A DNA stretch of 64,000 nucleotides, from the NCBI GenBank assembly GCA_965216325.1, contig OZ244160.1, forward strand, positions 1,600,001-1,664,000, in the 5' to 3' direction. The stretch comes from Coraliomargarita sp. (lineage in GTDB: Bacteria; Verrucomicrobiota; Verrucomicrobiia; Opitutales; Coraliomargaritaceae). Shown here piece by piece: positions 21,896 through 30,881 of this stretch (position 1 is the first letter of the stretch; each line of letters opens with the position of its first letter). The position numbers and the translations under genes are program-made. The notes beneath the pieces are model-generated. The model had not been told where the DNA came from and ran no database searches. It was given only the letters and a program-made list of their open reading frames with translations.

Positions 21896-22966
21896 TTACA
21901 GACGAGTAAAACTACCTGTCGCCACCTTCCAAACGGCCCACTCGTCCACCAGCTCCGGCAACTCGGTGCCAGTGGCAATGATCTGCAGCTCAGCCGGGCA
22001 GGCGCGCCAAAAGCCAGCTTTGCGATGCGGGTCGAGCTCACCAAGCACATCGTCCGCCAATAACACCGGCGCAACACCTAAGCTCTGCTGAAAAATTTGC
22101 GCTTGTGCGATCCGCAGCGCGACACAAAGCCCCCGCTGCTGCCCGTCAGAGGCGTATTCCTTCGCACCGCCAATATCCAGCAAGAGCGTATAGTCATCAC
22201 GGTGCGGCCCTTTCTGCGTCGAACCAACAATTTGATCACGCTTACGATTACGCGCCAGCAAGTCCCGCACGGCGTCGGCATCCTCAGCCTGCACGCTTAG
22301 CTTGAAATCCAACGCAGGACCCTCGTCCTTTTCCGCGATATCCGAATACACTGAAGTCAACACGGCACGGAGTCGCTCGATTCCAGCGAGACGTTTCTGA
22401 TTCACCATTAATAGATGCGGAGCGATCTCCGCCTCAAACGCAGCAAACTCAGCATCCGTCCCGCCCCTCTTCAGTAGACGATTTCGCTCTGCCACACCCC
22501 GATGATACAAACGCAAGGCGTGATAGTAATCCTTATCAATTGCCGACAAGGTCAGATCCAGGAAACGACGACGCTCCGCGGGGGAACCGCGCAAAATCAT
22601 TAAATCCCCCGCACTGAGAGGCACTACTGGAAATCGCCCAATAAAGTCACCAAGCCGAGACATTTTCTCCCCATCCAGTAGCACACGACGTCCATCAGAA
22701 CCGGAACGCACTTCTAATTCGCAGCCCCCCTGCAGGTCATGCTCGATCGAATAGACCGCCGCAAAGCCCGCGCTCCCCTGCCGCGGCAGTGCTCCCATGT
22801 TTTGTGTGCGAAATGAGCGAAGCGCTGTCACTAACCCCAAAGCCTCGAGCATATTCGATTTCCCCTGCCCATTTCGGCCGAGCAGAAAGCTTCGCCGCGC
22901 ACTCAAGTCGAGCTCGGCAAATTCAACATTCCGAAAATCCTGCAAGCGGATAGTTTGAAAACGCAT
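21896..22966 (-). CDS. recF: DNA replication/repair protein RecF
   Basis: FRN, GRNGQGKSN, SFRT, GSPAERRRFLD, GPHRDD, SDGQQR and DDVLGELD. Confidence 0.95.
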   Translation of the reverse strand: MRFQTIRLQDFRNVEFAELDLSARRSFLLGRNGQGKSNMLEALGLVTALRSFRTQNMGALPRQGSAGFAAVYSIEHDLQGGCELEVRSGSDGRRVLLDGEKMSRLGDFIGRFPVVPLSAGDLMILRGSPAERRRFLDLTLSAIDKDYYHALRLYHRGVAERNRLLKRGGTDAEFAAFEAEIAPHLLMVNQKRLAGIERLRAVLTSVYSDIAEKDEGPALDFKLSVQAEDADAVRDLLARNRKRDQIVGSTQKGPHRDDYTLLLDIGGAKEYASDGQQRGLCVALRIAQAQIFQQSLGVAPVLLADDVLGELDPHRKAGFWRACPAELQIIATGTELPELVDEWAVWKVATGSFTRL

Positions 22967-22974
22967 ACAGTTCC

Positions 22975-24150
22975 CTAAATCGAAATCACTGTTGAGTCAG
23001 AGCGATCAGCCTCCGCCTTCAACTCGTCATAAACCGTCCGAATCGCTGCAGCCAAGTCCATCCAATCCTGTACCTGCAGCTCTGGCCCCGCACTCATGCG
23101 TAATGAACGACGCATCGACGCCGCTTCATAACCCATCGCCGCCAGCACATGTGATGGACCGTCCTTCCCCGTTGAACAAGCCGAGCCAGCCGAAACGAGG
23201 AAGCCACGCTTCTCCAGACCACGTATCCAGCGCACGCTGCCAAACTCAGGGGCAATCAGCATTGCAGTATTCCACAAGCGCTCAGCTCCCCCGCCCACCA
23301 ACTCAAATTCAGGCAAAGCGGCAACAAATCGGTCACGCCCCTCTGTAGAGCCGGTGGGAGTCCCGACTTTAGCCGGATTCAAATCAGACTGTGGGCCCCA
23401 AAAAGGCCTAAACCCAGCCCTTAACGCCGCTACCATTGCCAAAGCACTGGCGACATCCTCAGTCCCCGCGCGATGCGATGACTCCTGCCCTCCACCACGC
23501 AGCGAAACAAAGCTACTCGATGCATCCGGCAATAAGCACGCACCCACACCTCGAGGCCCACCAAACTTATGTCCACATAAAGTGACAAAACTACAGCACT
23601 TCAGCTCCTGAAGCGGCATTTTCCCCACCCATTGCGACGCATCACAATGATAGGGAACCCCGGCCTGACTTGCCTTCGTGGCGATCAACTGCCACGGATT
23701 CAGCACACCGGTTTCATTATTGGCCGCCATCACCGAGATCGCGGCAACTTGATCAAAGGGAATGGCATCGACATCAACTGCACCCTGCGCATCGAGTTCC
23801 AACCATAGAATACGGCCCGCGAACCAGTGTGTCGCCGCCTCGATGACACTCGGATGCTCAGTGGGACTAACACCGACCTTAGCACCGGCAGGCAAGCGAC
23901 CTGCCCAGTGCGCAAAGACCGCGTTGTTACCCTCAGTCGCACCAGAGTTGAACACCACACGGGCGGGCTCGACCTCAAATGCGGCGGCGAGCTGCTCGCG
24001 CGCTTGATCCAAATGGACTTTCACCCGCGCAGCTGCACGGTATGGACTCGACGGGTTCAACCACAACTCACTAGCCGCATGTAGCCATGCTGCTTTCGCA
24101 TCAGCGCAAAGCGGCGTCGTGGCATTATAATCGAAAAAGCGGGTATTCAC
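22975..24150 (-). CDS. Cysteine desulfurase (IscS/NifS family) with a REP-derived segment
   Basis: DYNATTP, NPSS, SGATEGNN, ANNETG, GHKFGGPRG, RAGTE and SAGSAC. Confidence 0.92.
   Translation of the reverse strand: MNTRFFDYNATTPLCADAKAAWLHAASELWLNPSSPYRAAARVKVHLDQAREQLAAAFEVEPARVVFNSGATEGNNAVFAHWAGRLPAGAKVGVSPTEHPSVIEAATHWFAGRILWLELDAQGAVDVDAIPFDQVAAISVMAANNETGVLNPWQLIATKASQAGVPYHCDASQWVGKMPLQELKCCSFVTLCGHKFGGPRGVGACLLPDASSSFVSLRGGGQESSHRAGTEDVASALAMVAALRAGFRPFWGPQSDLNPAKVGTPTGSTEGRDRFVAALPEFELVGGGAERLWNTAMLIAPEFGSVRWIRGLEKRGFLVSAGSACSTGKDGPSHVLAAMGYEAASMRRSLRMSAGPELQVQDWMDLAAAIRTVYDELKAEADRSDSTVISI
23354..23380. repeat. REP-like unit inside the cysteine desulfurase gene
   Basis: GTGGGAGTCCCGACTTTAGCCGGATTC matches the intergenic GTCGGGGTCCCGCCTTTAGGCGGATTC (39918-39944) at 23 of 27 positions. 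Confidence 0.75.
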
Positions 24151-24161
24151 GCCCGGATAAC

Positions 24162-24959
24162 TTATGGGATACGCAGCTCCTGACCAACCCGCAGCGCATT
24201 TTCACTGGAGAGGCGGTCACGATTCGCTTGGTAAATATCAATCCAGCGCGATGGCGTGCCATAGAATTTGCGACTGATCGTGCTGAGCGAATCACCGGAC
24301 TGCACGGTATAACTGCGTGGCACCGATTCCGGCGCGGGGCTAGCCTGTGGGGCTGGCGCAGGCGCTGCTGTCACCGTAGTTGTTGGAGCCGGACGAGTCT
24401 GCTGAAGTGGTGCGATCTGAGTAGTCTGCACTGGTGCCGGCCGGCGCGCGTCTCCCAACATGGATTCCAACTGGCGAACACGCTTCTGTGACTCCACCAG
24501 CTCGCGCTTCATGCTCTCATTCTCTTTACGCAAGTTGTTGATCAGTTCCATCAAATCGAGTCGATCCAGCTCACCGGAATACGGCTGCGCCGGCAACTGA
24601 CGGGCGAATTCCTTCTGCGCGGTTTCAATCAGCTGACGCACCTGCGGTGCCTGATCCGACTGCGGGTTGAACTCCAAGTAGCGGTTAAAGTGATAGATCG
24701 CACGCACGGGATCCTTCATCTCACGCAAATAGATGTACCCCGCCTCTAGGTGTGACTCAGGCGCATCTCGGCGCGCATCAATTACACCGAGAAAAGCCGT
24801 CAACGCGTCTGAAGTCCGGCCTTGATCCTTGTAATGCTTGGCACGCTGATACTGCTTTTCGTCCGTTTCACTCACCACTTCAACAGAGCTCGGGGCACAG
24901 GCCGAGAGCACAAACAGGCAGAGGAGTGAAAGAGAGGTGAGGCTACGGAGCGGTCGCAT
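24162..24959 (-). CDS. TPR + coiled-coil + LysM lipoprotein
   Basis: LSAC lipobox, TPR-like helices and YTVQSGDSLSTISRKFYG...IYQANR. Confidence 0.88.
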   Translation of the reverse strand: MRPLRSLTSLSLLCLFVLSACAPSSVEVVSETDEKQYQRAKHYKDQGRTSDALTAFLGVIDARRDAPESHLEAGYIYLREMKDPVRAIYHFNRYLEFNPQSDQAPQVRQLIETAQKEFARQLPAQPYSGELDRLDLMELINNLRKENESMKRELVESQKRVRQLESMLGDARRPAPVQTTQIAPLQQTRPAPTTTVTAAPAPAPQASPAPESVPRSYTVQSGDSLSTISRKFYGTPSRWIDIYQANRDRLSSENALRVGQELRIP

Positions 24960-25031
24960 GTGTCAAATAAAGGTCAATTGTGCGCACAGGTTTAAGCATC
25001 CCCGCACAACAATCAACCCCCAAGAACAACA

Positions 25032-26012
25032 CTAGGGACGCAGCAGAATCTTGCCCAAGCGTGGTTGCTTGTCGTGCGCAAAGGCTTCCGCGTATTGATC
25101 GAACGAATACGTCGCCTCAATCGGCAACCTCAGGCTCCCGTCTTTCATCATGCCATAGACTGCATCCATGACCTGACGTAGCCCATCCGGGCCTGCCTGC
25201 TTGCTCCATTTATCCCACCAAAAACCAACGAGACGCACATCATTAAAAATCAAGAAACGCGTCGGGAAGCGCACCGGATCCCCGACCATCCCACCAAAAG
25301 TGACCTGAGTGCCACCTTCGCCGAGCGCCTTAATCTGGTCACTGGCGCTTTCGCCACCAATCGAATTGAGCGCCAAACGAATCGGTTCACCACCAGTTAA
25401 CTCCTTGGCAGTCTTCGCCCAGCCGCTCCCTTCGATCACCACCTCATCGGCGCCAAGCACCTTGAGCGGTTCGATCAGCTCTTCACGACGCACTTGATTG
25501 ATGGTTTTAAAGCCGAGCGCCTTGGCCATCTGAATGACGGATAGGCCCACCGCCGAGTTACCGGCATTCTGCACCACCCAGCTACCCTTAGGCAGATCAA
25601 CGATCTTGCTGAGCAAGCAATACGCAGTCGGCGGATTGATAAACGAAATCGCGGTCTGCTCGACCGGTAATTCCGAAGGCACCTGCAACAAATCCTTGGC
25701 TGGAATACAGGCGTATTCCTGCCATGTCCCCTCCTCGGGAAAACGCACGTGAGCCCCAACACCGACATTAAACACACCTGAGCCAAGCGCATCAACCTGA
25801 CCAACTCCCTCACGCCCGGCAACCGCTGGCAACTCCCGCAGACGGCCGTAGCTGCCGCCAATCATTCCGTAGTCCGACGGATTGATCGCCGCCGCAAGCA
25901 GTTTCACCCGCACCTCGCCAGGCCCAGGCTCGGGCTTGCCGACGGTCTCGACCTTGAGGACCTCTTGAGGCTTTCCAAAACTGTGGTGGCGAATCGCTTT
26001 TTGTTGGCTCAT
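25032..26012 (-). CDS. MDR-family 2-enoyl thioester reductase (MECR/Etr1-like)
   Basis: AAAINPSD..I.G.YG, GREGVG, INPPTAY and QNAGNSAVG; start placed at ATG 26012. Confidence 0.8.
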   Translation of the reverse strand: MSQQKAIRHHSFGKPQEVLKVETVGKPEPGPGEVRVKLLAAAINPSDYGMIGGSYGRLRELPAVAGREGVGQVDALGSGVFNVGVGAHVRFPEEGTWQEYACIPAKDLLQVPSELPVEQTAISFINPPTAYCLLSKIVDLPKGSWVVQNAGNSAVGLSVIQMAKALGFKTINQVRREELIEPLKVLGADEVVIEGSGWAKTAKELTGGEPIRLALNSIGGESASDQIKALGEGGTQVTFGGMVGDPVRFPTRFLIFNDVRLVGFWWDKWSKQAGPDGLRQVMDAVYGMMKDGSLRLPIEATYSFDQYAEAFAHDKQPRLGKILLRP

Positions 26013-26155
26013 AAGCGTGGCACATTGCCCAAAAGCGCCTGTCTCGCAAAGCAGATTCAACATTTTCGCCCACAGAAATAAGCATCCGTGGTTGCTTCCA
26101 TCAGTAACAAGGCACTAATCACCTTCACACTTTTCCACTTTTCACCTTCACACCC

Positions 26156-28189
26156 ATGACCCATCCATTCCTCACTGACGACTTCCACATCCGCTGGTCG
26201 ACCCTGACCCCTGACGCAATTGAGCCAGACATCAGTAAGGCACTAGCCGATGCCCAAGCAGCTGTGGATGCCGTAGCCGCCCTGAGCGATACCGATACTG
26301 AACTGACTTACACGAACACCATCGCAGCACTCGACGATGGACTCGACACGCTCAATCGCGCCTGGGGCCTCGTCAACCACCTCGACTCGGTCAGCAACAG
26401 CCCCGAACTCCGCGAGCCCTTCAACAAAATGCTGCCAGCGGTCTCTGAGTTCTTCGCAGCCATCCCGCTCAACGAACAACTGTGGAAGACCCTCAAGGCA
26501 TTCGGCAGCAGCGAAGCCGTGCTCGAGCTCTCTGCCACCAAGCAGCGCTACGTGCATGAGACCATGGCGGACTTCCGCGAAGCCGGCGCCGACTTGCCAC
26601 CTGAGCAGAAGCAGCGCGCAGCCGAAGTACAAAAGCGCCTCGCAGAACTCACCCAGAAATACTCCGAGAACTGCCTCGATGCCACCAACGCTTGGGAAAA
26701 GCTCATCACCGACGAGTCCGAACTCACCGGCCTTCCAAAGTCCGCCCTTGCCGCCGCCAAGCAAAGCGCCGCGCAAAAGGACAAGGAGGGCTGGCGTTTC
26801 ACACTGCAGGCCCCGTCCTACATTCCGGTCATGACTTACGCCGACAACGATGCTCTGCGCGAAGAAGTCTGGAAGGCCTACGGCGCAATCGGCCGCGAGG
26901 GCGAGACCGACAACCGCGAACTCGTCCGCGAAATCCTCGACCTGCGCCACGAATTTGCCCAGCTCGTCGGCCAAGCAAACTTTGCCGACCACGTCACCGA
27001 GCGCCGTATGGCGGCCTCCGGTGATGCCGCACTGCAATTTGGCGAGACCATATTCAGCCGCGTGCGCGAGGCCTTCGAAAACGAAGTCCAGCAGCTGCGC
27101 AACTTCAAGAGTGCCGACCTGCTTGAGCCATGGGAAGTCGGCTACTGGGCCGAGAAACAACGCCTTGCCAACTACGACTTCGACGAAGAGGCCCTGCGCC
27201 CCTACTTCCCGATCGACCGCGTCATCAGCGGTATGTATGACATCGCCCAACAGCTGTTTGACCTGCGTATCGAAGAGCGCAGCGACGTCGAGACTTGGCA
27301 CGAGGAGGTCAAATTTTACGACCTGTTCGACAGCGAAAGCGGCGAAGTGCTCGGCGGATTCTATGCGGATTGGCATCCACGCGAGTCCAAGCGCGGCGGC
27401 GCATGGATGAACTACCTAATCACAGGCAACCGCGATGCATCTCTAGGCGAGCGCACGCCACACCTCGGCCTGATCTGCGGCAACCTCACTCCTTCCGTCG
27501 GCGATACGCCTGCGCTGCTCACCCACCGTGAGGTCGAAACCATCTTCCACGAATTCGGCCACTTACTCCATCACCTCTGCGGCGAAGTCGAAGTAAAGTC
27601 ACTAAATGGTGTCAACGTACCGTGGGACTTTGTCGAACTTCCCTCACAGATCATGGAAAACTGGTGCTGGGATCGCGAGAGCCTCGATCTGTTTGCCCGC
27701 CACCACGAAACTGGCGAGCCAATCCCACAGGAGTTATTCGACAAGATGTTGGCTGCTCGCAACTACATGAAAGCCAGCGCCAACGTGCGCCAGCTTTCCT
27801 TCGGGAAAATGGACCTGGAACTGCACATCAACTGGCCAAAGTCAGCCAAGGGCGACCTCGACAGCTTCATCAAGCAGGTGCTCGACGGCTACACACCGGA
27901 ATACAAGACCGAGCCGAAGAGCAACGTCTTCAATTTCAGCCACCTCTTCAGCAGCCCAACCGGCTACGCGGCGGGCTACTACAGCTATAAATGGGCCGAG
28001 GTACTGGACGCCGATGCATTCACCCGCTTCCAAAAAGAAGGGATCCTCAACGCCGAGACCGGTCGCGACTTCCGCGCCAAGATCCTCGCCAAGGGCAACT
28101 CGGAAGATCCCGCCAAGCTGTTCAAAGACTTCATGGGGCGCAGCCCGGATCCCGACGCGCTCCTGCGCCGCGACGGCCTACTCAACTAA
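26156..28189 (+). CDS. prlC: M3 oligopeptidase A
   Basis: KRGGAWM, FHEFGHLLH (HExxH), DFVELPSQIMENW and YAAGYYSYKWAEVL. Confidence 0.93.
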   Translation: MTHPFLTDDFHIRWSTLTPDAIEPDISKALADAQAAVDAVAALSDTDTELTYTNTIAALDDGLDTLNRAWGLVNHLDSVSNSPELREPFNKMLPAVSEFFAAIPLNEQLWKTLKAFGSSEAVLELSATKQRYVHETMADFREAGADLPPEQKQRAAEVQKRLAELTQKYSENCLDATNAWEKLITDESELTGLPKSALAAAKQSAAQKDKEGWRFTLQAPSYIPVMTYADNDALREEVWKAYGAIGREGETDNRELVREILDLRHEFAQLVGQANFADHVTERRMAASGDAALQFGETIFSRVREAFENEVQQLRNFKSADLLEPWEVGYWAEKQRLANYDFDEEALRPYFPIDRVISGMYDIAQQLFDLRIEERSDVETWHEEVKFYDLFDSESGEVLGGFYADWHPRESKRGGAWMNYLITGNRDASLGERTPHLGLICGNLTPSVGDTPALLTHREVETIFHEFGHLLHHLCGEVEVKSLNGVNVPWDFVELPSQIMENWCWDRESLDLFARHHETGEPIPQELFDKMLAARNYMKASANVRQLSFGKMDLELHINWPKSAKGDLDSFIKQVLDGYTPEYKTEPKSNVFNFSHLFSSPTGYAAGYYSYKWAEVLDADAFTRFQKEGILNAETGRDFRAKILAKGNSEDPAKLFKDFMGRSPDPDALLRRDGLLN

Positions 28190-28196
28190 GCGCACC

Positions 28197-28225
28197 TTGA
28201 CAGCAGCATCATTTGATGCTTTGAT
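28197..28225 (+). promoter_or_regulatory. Sigma70-like promoter with palindromic operator for the TA operon
   Basis: TTGACA, 17-nt spacer, TTTGAT; AGCATCA-TT-TGATGCT (28205-28220) lies between them. Confidence 0.65.
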
Positions 28226-28231
28226 GGCTAC

Positions 28232-28507
28232 ATGCGAACAACGGTCACATTGGACCCAGATGTAGCTGAATACATCCGCGAGGCTTGCCACAAACGCAAC
28301 AAGAGCTTCAAGCGCGTGCTCAACGACGCTCTACGTGAATCACTAAAGCCTGCAAGCACGCAAAAACCCGGTTTGCTAGCCCCTCGATCGATGGGACAAG
28401 CGCCCGGTGTCGATCCGCGCCGACTGAGTGAACTGGCCGACGATTTGGAAGCCGAAGCCTATCTCGCGGCCGAAGAGCAACGCGCCTATAATCGTAAACA
28501 GCAGTGA
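28232..28507 (+). CDS. Antitoxin, RHH/CopG-like (VapB-type)
   Basis: MRTTVTLDPDV...SFKRVLNDALR; overlaps the PIN gene by 4 nt. Confidence 0.85.
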   Translation: MRTTVTLDPDVAEYIREACHKRNKSFKRVLNDALRESLKPASTQKPGLLAPRSMGQAPGVDPRRLSELADDLEAEAYLAAEEQRAYNRKQQ

Positions 28508-28935
28508 TCCTCCCCGACGCCAATCTATTGCTCTATTCGGTCAATAGCGACAGTCTAGACCACCAATGCGCATTCACCTGGTGGAGCGAGCTAATTCAAA
28601 GCGAAGCCCCAATTGGCATCTACACGGGAGTCGCCTTTGCATTTATTCGACTATCAACTAATCGTCGAGTCTTCGCTCAACCCCTGAGTGTTGAAGAAGC
28701 CTTCGCGTATTTGAACAATTGGTTGAGCTTTCCTAACGTGCGCTGGATCGAAGCCGAGTTGGACGACCTCGCTACAGCCGAAACACTGCTTGAAGCCGCT
28801 GGAACTGGTGGCAATTTGGTTAGCGACGCTCAGATCGCAACCGCTGCACTCAGGCTGGATGCCACGGTTTACAGCGCCGATGCCGATTTCGACCGCTTTC
28901 CAAATTTGAAATGGGAAAATCCACTTCACAATTAA
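28504..28935 (+). CDS. vapC: PIN-domain toxin (VapC family)
   Basis: ILPDANLLLY, NLVSDAQIA and SADADFDRF. Confidence 0.9.
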   Translation: MILPDANLLLYSVNSDSLDHQCAFTWWSELIQSEAPIGIYTGVAFAFIRLSTNRRVFAQPLSVEEAFAYLNNWLSFPNVRWIEAELDDLATAETLLEAAGTGGNLVSDAQIATAALRLDATVYSADADFDRFPNLKWENPLHN

Positions 28936-28950
28936 GCCACCCGCAAAAAC

Positions 28951-29409
28951 ATGATCCGCATTGCTCGCCTAATCTACCTGCTGATCGCCAGTCAACTCTA
29001 CGCCGAGATCACAATCCACAAAGACAGCAAGGACAAGCTCCTCGGAGTGTAAAAGATCGGCGAATTGAGCTTTACTGCGTTCCAGTTCACCGACTCTAAG
29101 GAAAACAAAAGAGTTCACTTCGCATTAAGAGAGGGGGAGCGTTTGATCTTCAGCTACTCATCCGAAGGAGATACCTCCTACTTCCCTGAAAGCGGCTTCC
29201 GAATAGGTGTAACTGAAGTGAATAATACCCTACAAAAAGTCGCGGTTTTGCGCGACAAGCCGCAAAAGGAAATTTACGTAGTCGAGTTAAAAAAAGGCGC
29301 CTTCGTCTTCACCCAATGGCCCGAGGGACTTGAAAAAACCGACTCTTCTCTGATGCTCGACATTACTGAGATACCGTGGCTGCAGAACGCGGCGCCAGAC
29401 ACCCAGTGA
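28951..29409 (+). pseudogene. Secreted hypothetical protein interrupted by an in-frame TAA
   Basis: ATG 28951 gives the signal-like MIRIARLIYLLIASQLYA...LLGV, then TAA at 29050-29052; the same frame continues as ORF 29065-29409. Confidence 0.6.
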
Positions 29410-29487
29410 TTTATACCTCCACGCACACACACATCGCGTCCGTTAGACCACGCAGAGCGCTTGCTGAAGCTGCGCGCTACGCAGCGC

Positions 29488-30090
29488 CTAGAAGCTCACA
29501 AAGCCCTGCGCCAGTTTGACCACGAACACGCCGAGATTACTCGCCGCGTGGGCAATCATACAGGGAAACAGCGAGCGGGTCGGGTTCCACGGGCCGAAGC
29601 GCACCGCATAGAACCACAGTGAGTTCAAAAACAGAATTGAGGTCGTGAAGATCGCCTTGGTTGTGAAGGTGAACTCAAAGCCATTTTCAGTACTCCACAA
29701 GTGCATGTGGATAATCGCAAACAGCAGCGAGAAGCCCACGCAACTGCCGATCAGCGCCGCCTTGCCCTTTTTGTCGACCACGAGGAAGCCGCGAAAGATA
29801 ATTTCCTCCACGACGCCCGCCCCGAGGCTAGCGAAGAGGAAATACCAGACCATCGTGCTCTGCTCCGAGGCAATGCCCAAGGCAATCTCGCCGCCGGTCT
29901 CAATGCCCAGAATCAGCAGCGCGCCTACGACACCAATCAGGATCGCCCCCACAGTGCAGGGAGTCGCGCCCGGCATCGGCGAGCTGTTAGGCTCGCCAGC
30001 GCGCACAGCTTTTAAATCGGCCCAATACATCTGCAGCACGTAGACAGCAATGCCCACATACATCAGAATCATGATCGGGTTCTCGTTCAT
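29488..30090 (-). CDS. CPBP/CAAX-family intramembrane glutamic endopeptidase
   Basis: VVEEIIFRG, FAIIH and IAHAASN. Confidence 0.88.
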   Translation of the reverse strand: MNENPIMILMYVGIAVYVLQMYWADLKAVRAGEPNSSPMPGATPCTVGAILIGVVGALLILGIETGGEIALGIASEQSTMVWYFLFASLGAGVVEEIIFRGFLVVDKKGKAALIGSCVGFSLLFAIIHMHLWSTENGFEFTFTTKAIFTTSILFLNSLWFYAVRFGPWNPTRSLFPCMIAHAASNLGVFVVKLAQGFVSF

Positions 30091-30094
30091 CTAA

Positions 30095-30186
30095 AAGAAG
30101 GTAGAATTTAGGAGTTAGAAGCTAGAAGAATGAATACGTCAGCGTAGATTCTTACTCCTAACTTCTGCCTTCTAACTTCTCACATT
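30095..30186. repeat. Inverted heptamer tandem-repeat element
   Basis: GTAGAAT TTAGGAG TTAGAAG CTAGAAG ... CTCCTAA CTTCTGC CTTCTAA CTTCTCA. Confidence 0.7.
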
Positions 30187-30200
30187 GAAGTGCGAAGCAC

Positions 30201-30572
30201 TTAAATGTGACGGGAGTCCGCCTCGTCCTTCTCGGTGTAGCCACTGTCCTGACGGTTGTGGTTCACCTTGTTCTTTTTGACGTAGGCTTCGTAAACATCT
30301 TCCGGAGTCATGCCGAGCACCTGAGCAATCGAGATCAGGAAGTGGAACAGATCCACGACCTCGACCTTGGCATTCTGCTCGTCGAACTCCTGATACTTTG
30401 CCCACCACTTCCACGGCACCGAGTCGATCAACTCAGCGATCTCTTGCTGCATCGCGCGAGTGTAATTGAGCACCCACTGCGCCTTTTCTTCGTCCGACAT
30501 ATTGTCGGTATTCACGCCAATGCGCTTATTGAGCGCGTCCTGTTGAGCAAAAATTTCGTCGAGTTTGTCCAT
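30201..30572 (-). CDS. Dimeric all-alpha dUTPase family protein
   Basis: QEIAEL, WKWW, VEVVDLFHF and YVKKNKVNHNRQ..GY. Confidence 0.88.
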   Translation of the reverse strand: MDKLDEIFAQQDALNKRIGVNTDNMSDEEKAQWVLNYTRAMQQEIAELIDSVPWKWWAKYQEFDEQNAKVEVVDLFHFLISIAQVLGMTPEDVYEAYVKKNKVNHNRQDSGYTEKDEADSRHI

Positions 30573-30700
30573 GCGCAAGTGCCTAGGTGAGCAACCCTAT
30601 GCAAGCAAGCGCATTCAACGCATCCAAGCAACTTTCAGCCAACAACTAGCAACAATCCCAACTTAACCCTTGCGGGACAAAATTTCCTACTCTACCGATA

Positions 30701-30847
30701 GCCGCGTTGATAGTGGCCCCGCGCAGCAACCGACCTCAGTCGAATTCTCTTCGAGACCCTCTGCGCCGCGTCTCACCGACCAGCCCACATCAACCTCTCA
30801 TGCGGCACCTTGCGTGATGGACTGCTCCAGCGCTCGCCGTGCACGCA
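30701..30847 (+). promoter_or_regulatory. Structured 5' leader RNA (putative cis-regulatory element)
   Basis: Nested helices GCCGC/GCGGC, GTTGAT.GTGG/CCAC.ATCAAC and GCGCAG/CTGCGC, two small hairpins, then a TGCGTG/CACGCA stem. Confidence 0.5.
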
Positions 30848-30881
30848 CCAAACATAATCACATAGATATAGAATAGAACCG

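Noticed and set aside
26243..27376. 377-aa minus-strand ORF
   Set aside because: Antisense shadow of prlC.
30670..30876. 68-aa ORF as a leader peptide
   Set aside because: Its TTG start coincides with a likely -35 box; the region is better explained as structured RNA.
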